Assembly: GCA_041665545.1 (NCBI GenBank)
Contig: JBAYIQ010000003.1
Location: 3,222 to 67,221, forward strand
Origin: Patescibacteria group bacterium
GTDB lineage: Bacteria > Patescibacteriota > Patescibacteriia > UBA1558 > GWA2-36-10
DNA: 64,000 nt
Direction: 5' to 3'
Positions 30,256 through 40,100 of the stretch are shown here, in pieces. The position numbers were made by a program, and so were the translations under genes. The notes beneath the pieces were generated by a model. The model searched no databases, was not told where the DNA came from, and saw nothing but the letters and a program-made list of their open reading frames with translations. Every line of letters begins with the position of its first letter. Position 1 is the stretch's first letter.

Positions 30256-30939
30256 ATGAAAAATATTTGTATTATCCCAGCTCGGGGTGGATCCAAGAGA
30301 ATTCCCAAAAAAAATATAGTCGATTTTTATGGTAAGCCGATGTTGGCTTATACTATTGAGGCGGCTATTAAATCTGGTTTATTTGGTGAGAATATTTTTG
30401 TTAGTTCAGATTCAGAGGAGATCTTAGCAGTCGCCAATAACTATCCGGGCGTGCAGAGCATTTTGCGCCCAGCAGAAATTTCTGGAGACACAGCAACATT
30501 AGAGGAAGCAACCTTGCATTTGTTAAATAATGCTAGTGGTAATTTTGATTATTTGTGTATGCTTATGCCCAATTGTCCTTTACGCAACGAAGAGGATATA
30601 AAAATTTCTTTTGCTGAAATAACTAAAGCTGGTGCTACCTGTTCAATGAGTGTAGTTGATTATTATTGGCTCTACCCATTTTGGGCTTTACAAGAAAAAG
30701 AAACTGGCTTGGAATTATTTTTTGGTAAAGAATATCTGATTGATTCAAAAAAATTGCCCAAGGTTTATTGTCCTTCGGGGGCAGTTCGTTGGGTAAAGGT
30801 AGATAATTTCAAGGAGGAAAAAAAGTTTTATGGTAAGGGCTTGATGAAATATGTTATTCCTTTTGAAAGGAGTGTGGATATTGATAACTTTGAGGATTTA
30901 GAATTAGCTAAAAAGATTTATAAAATCGTAAATGCCTAG
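30256..30939 (+). CDS. neuA: CMP-nonulosonate synthetase (NeuA/PseF)
   Basis: IIPARGGSKRIPKKN, VSSDS, CPLR, SVDIDNFED. Confidence 0.92.
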   Translation: MKNICIIPARGGSKRIPKKNIVDFYGKPMLAYTIEAAIKSGLFGENIFVSSDSEEILAVANNYPGVQSILRPAEISGDTATLEEATLHLLNNASGNFDYLCMLMPNCPLRNEEDIKISFAEITKAGATCSMSVVDYYWLYPFWALQEKETGLELFFGKEYLIDSKKLPKVYCPSGAVRWVKVDNFKEEKKFYGKGLMKYVIPFERSVDIDNFEDLELAKKIYKIVNA

Positions 30940-31741
30940 AAAAAAGAAAAACCTTAATATAATTTTTTTAGGGCGTAAAGTCGGAGCTGTTGAAGCAGTC
31001 CAGCATTTATTAAAATCCGGAGCCTCTGTAAAGTTAATCGTGGCTCCACGCGAAGAGGATTATAAGCCGACTTTAAGGGAATTAGCGCGCAAACATAAAA
31101 TCCCCTTTTTATATGATGACACAAAATTATATAATTTAATTAAAAATAGGAAGAGTTTGATTTTAGATACGGATTTAGTAATTTCTTATCTTTATTGGAG
31201 AAAAATAAAACAACCGTTATTTAATTTGCCAAAATTAGGTTGCATTAATTTTCATCCAGCACCTTTGCCAGACTACAAAGGACGAGCCGGTTATAATACG
31301 GCTATTTTGAATCAAAGTAAGTTTTTTGGAGCCTCGGCGCACTTTATTGATTCGGAAGAGTTTGATGTTGGTCCGATAATCAAAGTAAAAAGATTTCCAA
31401 TTAATTCTGAAAATGAAACCGCTTTTTCCCTAGAAGCTAAAACACAGACAGAATTATTGGCTCTTTTTAAAGAGGTGATGGCTGATTTCTTGGTTGGTAA
31501 AAAGATAAAAACTAAGCCAAATAAAGAAGGGATATACTGGAGTGGTAAATATTTAGAAGAAGCAAAAAAAATTAATCTAGATCAAGATTCGGTAGCTGAT
31601 ATTGATAGAAAAATTAGGGCTTTCTTTTTTCCGCCCTATAGCGGTGCTTGGGTAGAAATAGGTGGTAAGAAATTTACTCTTATAAATGATCAGATCTTAA
31701 ATTTAATTAAAAAAATAATTGATGATAGAAAAAATAAATAA
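30932..31741 (+). CDS. Sugar N-formyltransferase (Fmt-like)
   Basis: INFHPAPLPDYKG, H..D..D.G, RAFFFPPY. Confidence 0.85.
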   Translation: MPRKKKNLNIIFLGRKVGAVEAVQHLLKSGASVKLIVAPREEDYKPTLRELARKHKIPFLYDDTKLYNLIKNRKSLILDTDLVISYLYWRKIKQPLFNLPKLGCINFHPAPLPDYKGRAGYNTAILNQSKFFGASAHFIDSEEFDVGPIIKVKRFPINSENETAFSLEAKTQTELLALFKEVMADFLVGKKIKTKPNKEGIYWSGKYLEEAKKINLDQDSVADIDRKIRAFFFPPYSGAWVEIGGKKFTLINDQILNLIKKIIDDRKNK

Positions 31742-32852
31742 GAAATACCCAATTGCTAAACCTTTTATTGGTATCGAGGAAAAACGGGAGGTTTTGAAGG
31801 TTTTAAATTCCGGTCATCTCAGTCTTGGTCCTTATTACAAAAAATTTGAGGCTAGTTTTGCTAAAAAAATTGGTGTCAAATATGCCTGCGCAGTTAATAG
31901 TGGCACAGCTGGTCTTCATTTAGCCATGCTTTGTGCTGGAATAAAGCCGGGTGATGAAGTAATTACTTCGCCGTTTTCTTTCGTGGCTTCGGCTAATTGT
32001 ATTTTATATGTTGGAGCAACACCTATTTTTGTTGATATTGATCCCATTACCTACAATATTGATCCTTTGGAAATTGAGAAAAAAATTACTCCAAAAACAA
32101 AAGCAATTTTGCCAGTGCATATTTTTGGACAATCCGCTAATATGACTGTGATTGTTAAAATTGCTAAAAAGTATAATTTAAAAATTATCGAAGATGCTTG
32201 TGAATCTTTGTTGGCAAGTCATAATGGTCAGCAAGTAGGTACTTTCGGCGAGTCAGCAGTTTTTGCCTTTTATCCAAATAAACAGATGACAACCGGTGAA
32301 GGTGGTATGCTGGTAACCAATAAAAAAGAAATATATGAGCTAGCTTGCAGTTTGCGTAATCAAGGTCGTGGTGAAAATATGCAGTGGCTTGATCATGAAA
32401 GACTTGGTTATAATTATCGCCTTGATGAAATGAGTGCAGCCATTGGCTTGGTGCAGCTTAAAAAAATCGATTGGTTAATAAAGGAAAGAAGAAAGATAGC
32501 TAATTTATATCAAAAATTTTTTTCTCCCCACCATGATTTAATTCAAATTCCGCAAATTAATAAAGGCAATACTCATACTTGGTTTGTTTACGCGCTAAAA
32601 ATAAAAGATAAAAAAATTAAGACAGATCAATTAATAGATAAATTAAGAAAAGAGGGTATTAGTTCAAAACCTTATTTGCCATCAATCCATTTATTTAAAT
32701 TTTATCAAGATAAATTTGGTTTTAAAGAGGGCGATTTTCCGATTTCAGAAGAAATCAGTCGATATTCTTTAGCTATGCCTTTCTACATTGGCTTAAAAGA
32801 AAAAGATGTTAAACATATTGTTAATAAATTGATTAAAATTTTAAAAAAATGA
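31722..32852 (+). CDS. DegT/DnrJ/EryC1/StrS aminotransferase
   Basis: NSGTAGLH, EDAC, FYPNKQMTTGEGG, GYNYR. Confidence 0.92.
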   Translation: MIEKINKKYPIAKPFIGIEEKREVLKVLNSGHLSLGPYYKKFEASFAKKIGVKYACAVNSGTAGLHLAMLCAGIKPGDEVITSPFSFVASANCILYVGATPIFVDIDPITYNIDPLEIEKKITPKTKAILPVHIFGQSANMTVIVKIAKKYNLKIIEDACESLLASHNGQQVGTFGESAVFAFYPNKQMTTGEGGMLVTNKKEIYELACSLRNQGRGENMQWLDHERLGYNYRLDEMSAAIGLVQLKKIDWLIKERRKIANLYQKFFSPHHDLIQIPQINKGNTHTWFVYALKIKDKKIKTDQLIDKLRKEGISSKPYLPSIHLFKFYQDKFGFKEGDFPISEEISRYSLAMPFYIGLKEKDVKHIVNKLIKILKK

Positions 32853-33838
32853 TCAAAGCTTTTAAGGGTAAAATTATTTTAGTAACTGGAGGAGCTGGTT
32901 CAATCGGCTCAGAATTAGTAGAGCAGCTTTTGCAGTATAAACCTAAACAAATTAGAGTACTTTCGCGTGATGAAAGTAAACAATATGAACTTTTAGAAAA
33001 ATTGAGTCATCCCAAAAATTTGCGCTTATTTATTGGTGATGTCAGGGATAAAGAGAGGCTTGATTTGGCTTTTAAAAATGTTGATATTGTAATTCACGCA
33101 GCAGCACTTAAACACGTACCTTTTTGTGAGTATAATCCATTTGAGACAATTAAAACCAATATTGTTGGCTCCCAAAACGTAATTGAGGCGGCTCTCAAAA
33201 ATAAAGTAAAAAAAGTTATTGCCATTTCCACCGATAAAGCGGCTAACCCAAATAATGTCATGGGAGTTTCAAAATTGATGATGGAAAAATTATTTGTTAA
33301 CGCTAATTATTATGGCTCAGCTGGGACTATATTTTCCTGCGTTAGATTTGGCAATGTTGCTTGGGCCAGGGGCTCAGTTTTACCTTTTTGGCAAAAACAA
33401 GCTGAGCGATTTAGTAAAATTAATGTCACTAATAGCGAGATGACTAGATTTTTGATGTCAAAAAAGGAAGCATGCAATTTGATTCTTAAAGCTATTGAGC
33501 TGGCTAGAGGTAAAGAGATTTTTGTTTTAAAAATGCCAGCTATTAAATTAGGTGATTTGGCTAATTTGTTTATTAAAAAATATTTTTTCAATAAAAACAT
33601 AAAAATTAAAAATGTCGGAAGTCGAGCAGGAGAAAAAATGCACGAGGAGTTGCTTAATGCCAGTGAGGATTTGAAAATTTTGTCTAACCACCGAATGTTT
33701 ATCATTTTACCAAAGGTAAAGATTTATGGTTTAGAAGAAAAGAAAATTAAAAATTATCCCGGCTTTAAAGAAGTAAAAGTTTGTACTTATTCTTCTAATC
33801 TCTATTTAGATAATAAAAAAATAAACGAAATAATTTAA
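32849..33838 (+). CDS. UDP-GlcNAc 4,6-dehydratase (CapD/FnlA-like SDR)
   Basis: TGGAGSIG, HAAALKHVP, STDKA, MGVSK, RFGNV, GEKMHE. Confidence 0.9.
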   Translation: MIKAFKGKIILVTGGAGSIGSELVEQLLQYKPKQIRVLSRDESKQYELLEKLSHPKNLRLFIGDVRDKERLDLAFKNVDIVIHAAALKHVPFCEYNPFETIKTNIVGSQNVIEAALKNKVKKVIAISTDKAANPNNVMGVSKLMMEKLFVNANYYGSAGTIFSCVRFGNVAWARGSVLPFWQKQAERFSKINVTNSEMTRFLMSKKEACNLILKAIELARGKEIFVLKMPAIKLGDLANLFIKKYFFNKNIKIKNVGSRAGEKMHEELLNASEDLKILSNHRMFIILPKVKIYGLEEKKIKNYPGFKEVKVCTYSSNLYLDNKKINEII

Positions 33839-33841
33839 TTT

Positions 33842-35146
33842 ATGAAAGAGCAGAAACTAGCACTGTTGGGAGGAGCTCCTATTTTAAAAAAACCTTTTGC
33901 TACTTATAATTCTTTGGGTGCGGAAGAAAAAAAAGCGGTGATAAAAGTTATGGACGAAAGAATTATTTCTGATTTTTTGGGTTCGGCTGGTGAAAAATTT
34001 TTGGGCGGGAAATATGTTAGAGAGTTTGAGGGTCGTATTTGTGATTTATTCAAGGTTAAACATGCGATAAGCTTTAATTCGGCTACCACGGCCCTACAAG
34101 GGGCAATGGGAGCTATTGGTATGGGCCCAGGAGACGAGGTTATTACCTCTCCTTATAGTATGTCGGCCACTCCATCGGCCATTTTATTAAACAATGCTAT
34201 TCCAGTTTTTGCCGATATTGATTGGAATAATTATTGTTTAGACCCAAAATCCATTGAAGCAAAAATTACCAAGAGAACAAAAGCCATTTTTTTGGTTAAT
34301 ATTTTTGGTGGTACAGGAAATTTTTCAAAAATATTAAGTTTGGCTAAAAAATATAAACTAAAAGTAGTGGAAGATAACGCCCAGGCAATTGGTGCTAAGT
34401 ATAAAAATAAGTTTTTAGGAACCATAGGAGATGCTGGGGTTTTTAGTTTTAATGTCCATAAAAATTTGCAGTGTGGTGAGGGTGGTGTACTAACGACCAA
34501 TAACGATAAAATAGCTTTTCGAGCACAACTTATTAGAAATCACGGAGAAGCAGTTTTAGACGATGATTATTATCGGAATAGAAAAATTTTTGAACCACTT
34601 ATTGGCAGTAACTATCGTTTAAGCGAGCTTCACGCGGCTGTAGCCATTGAGCAGTTAAAAAAAATTAAAGTTTTAAATGGTGCTCGAGTTAGTTTGGCTA
34701 ATTATTTGAACTCTCTTTTATCTAAGATAGATTGGCTAGAGCCAGTCAAGGTCACTACTCACAGTACTCATGTTTATTATTTTTATCCTTTTAAGATAAA
34801 TAATAAAGCAGGAATTAAAAGATCGACTTTTGTTAAAGCCATGGTTGCCGAGGGATTTTTAGTTAGAGAAGGCTACGTTAAGCCCCTTTATCTCCTACCA
34901 ATTTATCAAAAAAAGAAAATTTTTATTAATTCGCAATATCCTTTTGTTTCAAAAGATTTTAAAACAAACGTAAGTTATAATAAAGGAATTTGTCCTGTAG
35001 CTGAAAAATTATGGGAAGAAAATCTTTTAATAACTAGTATTTGCCATTACCCTAGAACAAAGAAAGATATTGATAATTTTTTTAAAGCTATATTAAAGAT
35101 TGATAAAAATCGTAAAGCCCTGGCCCTTTATGAAAAGCAGAAATAA
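33842..35146 (+). CDS. Second DegT-family aminotransferase
   Basis: NSATTAL, EDNAQA, SFNVHKNLQCGEGG, GSNYR. Confidence 0.92.
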   Translation: MKEQKLALLGGAPILKKPFATYNSLGAEEKKAVIKVMDERIISDFLGSAGEKFLGGKYVREFEGRICDLFKVKHAISFNSATTALQGAMGAIGMGPGDEVITSPYSMSATPSAILLNNAIPVFADIDWNNYCLDPKSIEAKITKRTKAIFLVNIFGGTGNFSKILSLAKKYKLKVVEDNAQAIGAKYKNKFLGTIGDAGVFSFNVHKNLQCGEGGVLTTNNDKIAFRAQLIRNHGEAVLDDDYYRNRKIFEPLIGSNYRLSELHAAVAIEQLKKIKVLNGARVSLANYLNSLLSKIDWLEPVKVTTHSTHVYYFYPFKINNKAGIKRSTFVKAMVAEGFLVREGYVKPLYLLPIYQKKKIFINSQYPFVSKDFKTNVSYNKGICPVAEKLWEENLLITSICHYPRTKKDIDNFFKAILKIDKNRKALALYEKQK

Positions 35147-36038
35147 AAATTTATTGATAGTGGCGCATGACGCTGGAGGAGCTAATATTTTAGCGGCCTG
35201 GGTAGTCAAAAATTTTAAAAAATATAATTTTTTATTTTGTTTAGAAAATCCAGCTTTAAAAATTTTTCAGGATAAGAAAATAGTATTTAAAAATATTAAA
35301 TATAAAAATTTAAATTTCGTATGGGATAAAATTGATTTTATATTGACTGGTACAAGTTATCCGGCTGATTTAGAAAGATTGTTAATTGCTCAAGCAAAAA
35401 AGAAAAAGATTAAAAGTGCTTCTTTTATTGATCATTGGGTTAATTATCGTAAAAGATTTTTACCATTAGGCCATGAGGGGAAAGTACAAAATTTTCTTCC
35501 CGATGAAATTTGGGTAGGTGATAGATTTGCCTTAAAAATGGCTTTAGAAGAGGGCTTTACTAGAAATAAGCTTAAATTAATACCCAATCCTTATTTTCAG
35601 GAAGTAAGAAAAATTAAACAAAATATACAAAACAGTGGCAAAATTGCTCAAAGAAAAAAAATTCTTTTTCTGTCGTCAATTTTTTCGGAAAATAATTTTA
35701 ATGAGTTTGATTTTTTAGAGGAATTTTTAAAAATTTTAAAATCATCTGGTAAAAAAATAGAAATTACCATCAAGCTACACCCCAGTGAGAAAATTGGTAA
35801 ATATAATAAGTTGATTAAAAAATATCCAGAATTAAAGATAAATCAATCAAAAAGTCAAAATTTGGTCCAGGAAATAAATAAAGCGGATTTAGTTATTGGT
35901 CAAGAGACTATGGCACTAGTTGTGGCGATGTTATTGAGCAAGACGGCTCTAAATTATAAGCCCAACGGGCTTTCAGCCATTCCTTTTAGAAAGATAAAAA
36001 TAATAACTTCTTTAAGTAAAATAGAGAAATATTTATGA
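35130..36038 (+). CDS. Hypothetical protein, probable GT-B-like fold (nonulosonate-cluster accessory)
   Basis: AHDAGGAN, DHWVNY..RF, PNPYF, KLHPSE, ADLVIG. ATG 35130 preferred as start. Confidence 0.55.
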   Translation: MKSRNKNLLIVAHDAGGANILAAWVVKNFKKYNFLFCLENPALKIFQDKKIVFKNIKYKNLNFVWDKIDFILTGTSYPADLERLLIAQAKKKKIKSASFIDHWVNYRKRFLPLGHEGKVQNFLPDEIWVGDRFALKMALEEGFTRNKLKLIPNPYFQEVRKIKQNIQNSGKIAQRKKILFLSSIFSENNFNEFDFLEEFLKILKSSGKKIEITIKLHPSEKIGKYNKLIKKYPELKINQSKSQNLVQEINKADLVIGQETMALVVAMLLSKTALNYKPNGLSAIPFRKIKIITSLSKIEKYL

Positions 36039-37033
36039 AAAAATTATACAAAGCAGCAGTTATTGGGTGCGGTAGAATTGGAGCATTGCCAGTTAGTTTA
36101 AAAAAAAGCAATCGTCCCAAAACTCACGCTGAGGCTTATCAGTTAAATAGTAAAATTCAACTGGCTGGTTTGGTTGATACCGATAAAAATAAATTAAAGT
36201 TGGTAAAAAAATTTTATCCGGGTGTGCCCATTTTTACCGATCCTATTGAGATGCTCGAAAAAATTAAACCAGACATTGTTTCTATTACTACTGCGCCAAA
36301 ATCTCATTCTAAGTTGATTTGTCTAGCAGCCAAAAGTGGTTGTCGACTTATTTTTTGTGAAAAGCCCATTTCTTTGTCAATAAATGAAGCGGAAGAGGCA
36401 GTTAAGTATTGTCAAAAGCGGGGTAGTAAATTATTAATTAATCATCATCGTCATTTTGATCCGCTTGTTAATAAATGGAAAAAGAAAATAGACGATGGTT
36501 TGATTGGGCCAATATATCAAGGAACCGCTTATTATCACAATGGTTTTTTTAACTATATGACCCATATGCTTGATTTAATGCGAATGGTTTTGGGTGAAGC
36601 TGATTCCGTTTGTGGTTGGTATAATAAAATTACTTCAAGTGAAGATAGTGATGTAAATATTGATGGTTGGATAAAATTTAAAAAAGGAACACTTGTTTCT
36701 ATTCATTCCTTGACTAAAGATTATGGTTTTTTTGACTTGGATTTATTGGGTGAAAAAGGCAGAGTAACTTTTAAGGCTTTTGGGTCGACAAAAATTGAAT
36801 ATCAGAAAAAGATAAAAAACAAATTTTATTCTGGCTATTATGATTTATCAGAACCCAAGAAAGAAGGAAAATTAAGAAGCCCAATTCAAATTTCAATAAA
36901 TCGGGCAGTTTCTGTTCTGGATGGAAAGTCAAAACAGATAAGCACGGGTCAGGATGCCATGGTAATTTTAAAAATTCTTTTAGCCTTTAAAAAAAGTGCG
37001 GATCTGGGAAATAAGGAGATTAAGTTAAAATAA
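36035..37033 (+). CDS. Gfo/Idh/MocA family oxidoreductase
   Basis: VIGCGRIG, FCEKP, THMLDL. Confidence 0.88.
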   Translation: MKKLYKAAVIGCGRIGALPVSLKKSNRPKTHAEAYQLNSKIQLAGLVDTDKNKLKLVKKFYPGVPIFTDPIEMLEKIKPDIVSITTAPKSHSKLICLAAKSGCRLIFCEKPISLSINEAEEAVKYCQKRGSKLLINHHRHFDPLVNKWKKKIDDGLIGPIYQGTAYYHNGFFNYMTHMLDLMRMVLGEADSVCGWYNKITSSEDSDVNIDGWIKFKKGTLVSIHSLTKDYGFFDLDLLGEKGRVTFKAFGSTKIEYQKKIKNKFYSGYYDLSEPKKEGKLRSPIQISINRAVSVLDGKSKQISTGQDAMVILKILLAFKKSADLGNKEIKLK

Positions 37034-37042
37034 TGTTTTTTT

Positions 37043-38587
37043 ATGAATAAAGATTTAAGAGGAAAAAAAGTTCTAATTTTACAGCAGCGGGGTTGGGCTA
37101 TTACTATTGGTCATAATCTGGCTAAAAAATTAAAGCAAGAGGGTTGCGAGCTTATTGCAGTGACGTTAAAACGCGATACTTATGATTTTATTGTTAATCA
37201 GAAGGACGTAAATTATGAAGCCATTGTTAGCATTGATGATATTATGGAGGATCCAGAGAAAGTCTTGGCGGGAGAGGATATTTCTTTGGAGAAAATATGT
37301 AGTGACTTGGGAATTGATACGATCTGGCCGTTTATTTATAGTAATCGACTTCTGGTTTATTCCTACCGGGAGAAATATTATTATAGTTATCGGCAGAACG
37401 TTTCAGATGAGTTCATGGTTAACTACGTTAAGGCATATTACAAAAGTCTACGTGATTTGTTTGAAAAATTTAAACCAGACGTTGTTTTTTTAGCTGCTTT
37501 TATTTCCGATATTCATGCCATTTTAAATCTACTAGCCAAGAAGTACGGCATACCCACAGTTTCTATCATTAATACTAGAATTGATGATTTTCATGTATTT
37601 ACCGGAAGTTGTTATAATGAATCTGGTGAGTTTTTTGATTATTTAAAAAGTTTAAATAATAGTAAAATAGAAGGTAAAAATAAAGATCGCGCTCGAAAGT
37701 ATATTGATGAATTTAGGGCAAATTTTAAAAAACCATGGGATTTAGTTGATCATCTAAAACAAGTTAACACCAAAAAAAGCTGGAAAAAAATAATTCGTCA
37801 TGAATTATCTCCATATTATCATTCTTTGATGTGGTATTTTCAAGATTCGTCCAAAAATTATATAAAAAGCATTGGCTCTACTCTTGACTATAGAACGCCA
37901 CGGGTTATTTTGAGGGATTTTTACGGCTATAAGCGATACAGGAAGGCGATGGAAAATTTTAAGTACTATCCTTTGGAAAAAATAGGTAAATGTGTTTATT
38001 TTCCTCTACAGTTTCAGCCAGAAGGAGCGATCGACTATATGGCGACATTTTTTAGCAACCAAATAGAGGTTGCCAGATTGATAGCCATGTCATTACCTGG
38101 GGACTATACTTTGATGGTAAAAGATCATCCGGGCATGCTTGGCTATCGCTCTCCTTCATATTTGGAAAAAATTTTTAGAACTCCTAATATTAAATTAATA
38201 GATTATCGAATACCAACAGAACTTATTTTGAAAAAAGCTGATTTAGTGTTGAGCCCCAATAGCACTACTCTTCTAGAAGCAGCTTTTTTGAATAAACCAG
38301 CCATTCAGTTTGGTAACATGGGTACAACTCTAGAGTTACCAAATGTTATTAAACACACCGATTTTACAACCCTATCTTCAAAAATCAAAGAAAGGCTTTC
38401 TTTAAATTTGATTAGCGATGATTATGAGAGAAAACTTGAAAATTACGTGACAGCAATTTTTGACACAGGTTTTGATATTAATTACAGTAGAATATGGGAA
38501 AAAGGAAAAAAAATGTCGGATGATTTTTTAATCGATAAACTAATTGGAAAAATAGCGGAGGTTATTAATAAATCCAAAAATGCCTAA
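37043..38587 (+). CDS. Capsule_synth/KpsS-like protein, candidate CMP-nonulosonate transferase
   Basis: FPLQFQPE, VKDHP, STTLLEA motifs of KpsS/KpsC-like proteins. Confidence 0.65.
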   Translation: MNKDLRGKKVLILQQRGWAITIGHNLAKKLKQEGCELIAVTLKRDTYDFIVNQKDVNYEAIVSIDDIMEDPEKVLAGEDISLEKICSDLGIDTIWPFIYSNRLLVYSYREKYYYSYRQNVSDEFMVNYVKAYYKSLRDLFEKFKPDVVFLAAFISDIHAILNLLAKKYGIPTVSIINTRIDDFHVFTGSCYNESGEFFDYLKSLNNSKIEGKNKDRARKYIDEFRANFKKPWDLVDHLKQVNTKKSWKKIIRHELSPYYHSLMWYFQDSSKNYIKSIGSTLDYRTPRVILRDFYGYKRYRKAMENFKYYPLEKIGKCVYFPLQFQPEGAIDYMATFFSNQIEVARLIAMSLPGDYTLMVKDHPGMLGYRSPSYLEKIFRTPNIKLIDYRIPTELILKKADLVLSPNSTTLLEAAFLNKPAIQFGNMGTTLELPNVIKHTDFTTLSSKIKERLSLNLISDDYERKLENYVTAIFDTGFDINYSRIWEKGKKMSDDFLIDKLIGKIAEVINKSKNA

Positions 38588-38614
38588 CTTATTTTATCTT
38601 TTCAAATAAAAAAC

Positions 38615-40084
38615 ATGATAGATTCTGTTTTATTAATCAGACCATGGGGTATTGGAAAAAAAGAATTTCCAGTTGGCTTGCTTTATGTTGGCACGGCTCT
38701 TGAAAAAAGTGGTTATAAGGTAAAAATAATTGATTTACAAGATGATCCTTCTGCTGAGAATAAAATTATTGATATTTTATCCAATTCGGAAAATACCATG
38801 CTTGGTATCAGTGCTTTGTCTTTACATTATCGCTGGTTAAAAAATTTTACACTTAGATTAAAAGAGGCCTCACCTAAAACCAAAATTTTAGTCGGCGGAC
38901 ATATTTCAGTTATTCATAATATTTTACTTAAAAAAACGGGTACTGACTTCGTTTGTTTGGGCGAGGGGGAGGAATTATTTCCCGAGCTGATTGAAAAAAT
39001 AAATAGAAGTGGATCACTTGACGATATTCTAGGGTTGGCTTACAAGGTAAATGAAAATATTATTAAAACTGGTCGTCGACAGTTTTTAAAAAATTTTTTA
39101 ATACCGAACTATGACCTCGTTGATGTTAATAGGTATGTTATTCACCCGAGTCAGGACAAATTTTTTCAAAGGTCAGCTGAGTATGGCTCTCATCAAAGGC
39201 CCGATGATAAATTAGGAGTAATAATGTTTTCTCGTGGTTGTGTGGGTGCTTGTACTTTTTGTTACCGTCATTTGCCAGGTTTTCGACAGGAATCAGTTGA
39301 GTGGAGCTGGAACCATCTACTACTTTTGCGCGAAAAGTATGGCATTAAATATTTTCGGATAGATGACGAACTTTTTACCAATAATCCGGTGTGGCTTGAT
39401 AATTTTTGTGAAAAATTAAAAGACTTGAAGGGTGATATTCTTTTTCGCGTTGGAGGATTACGAGTAGATTTAATAAATGGTGAACAATTAAAATCGCTTA
39501 AAGAGGTAGGTTGTATTGGTATTAATTACGGCATAGAATCTGGTTCACAAAAAATATTAGATAAAATGAATAAAAGAACCACCGTTGCTCAGAATTTATT
39601 TACTTTAAAACAGACACTTGATCACGGAATACAAACAATGGCTTATATGATGCTTGGTTATGAGGGGGAGGATAAAAAAACCTTGAGCGAGACCCTTTCT
39701 TTGATTTTAGACGCAGGTTTATCACCTGAGAGCGTGTCGCCAGCTTACACAATCGCTTTACCAGGAACTCGTATTTATGACAACTGTCTAAAGAGTGGAA
39801 AAATAAAAAATGAGGAAGAATATTTAGAAAATTGCGCCCCTTATATAGAGCAGGAAAAAGAATCATATGAGCGCTATATATTAAATTTATCAGATGTAAG
39901 TATAATTACCCTGAGAAGATGGGAGAAACTCCTTCCTATTTTCATTAAGTTAAATAAAAAATTAAAAAATCAACCCAAGTTATTCAAAATGATAAGAAGT
40001 ATTATTTTTTTCATACCAGCTAATCCAGTTATAATGTGGCTGGAGAGGCGAATTTGGAAATCATTGAGTTTTTTGAGAATATAA
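38615..40084 (+). CDS. Second B12-binding-domain radical SAM protein
   Basis: PVGLLY, VGGH, GEGE, SRGCVGACTFC, GIESGS, LPGT. Confidence 0.9.
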   Translation: MIDSVLLIRPWGIGKKEFPVGLLYVGTALEKSGYKVKIIDLQDDPSAENKIIDILSNSENTMLGISALSLHYRWLKNFTLRLKEASPKTKILVGGHISVIHNILLKKTGTDFVCLGEGEELFPELIEKINRSGSLDDILGLAYKVNENIIKTGRRQFLKNFLIPNYDLVDVNRYVIHPSQDKFFQRSAEYGSHQRPDDKLGVIMFSRGCVGACTFCYRHLPGFRQESVEWSWNHLLLLREKYGIKYFRIDDELFTNNPVWLDNFCEKLKDLKGDILFRVGGLRVDLINGEQLKSLKEVGCIGINYGIESGSQKILDKMNKRTTVAQNLFTLKQTLDHGIQTMAYMMLGYEGEDKKTLSETLSLILDAGLSPESVSPAYTIALPGTRIYDNCLKSGKIKNEEEYLENCAPYIEQEKESYERYILNLSDVSIITLRRWEKLLPIFIKLNKKLKNQPKLFKMIRSIIFFIPANPVIMWLERRIWKSLSFLRI

Positions 40085-40100
40085 AATTATATTAATATTT

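Noticed and set aside
32849-33838. Naming the dehydratase pseB and the product pseudaminic acid
   Set aside because: The catalytic motif is MxxxK rather than YxxxK; stereochemistry cannot be read from the sequence.
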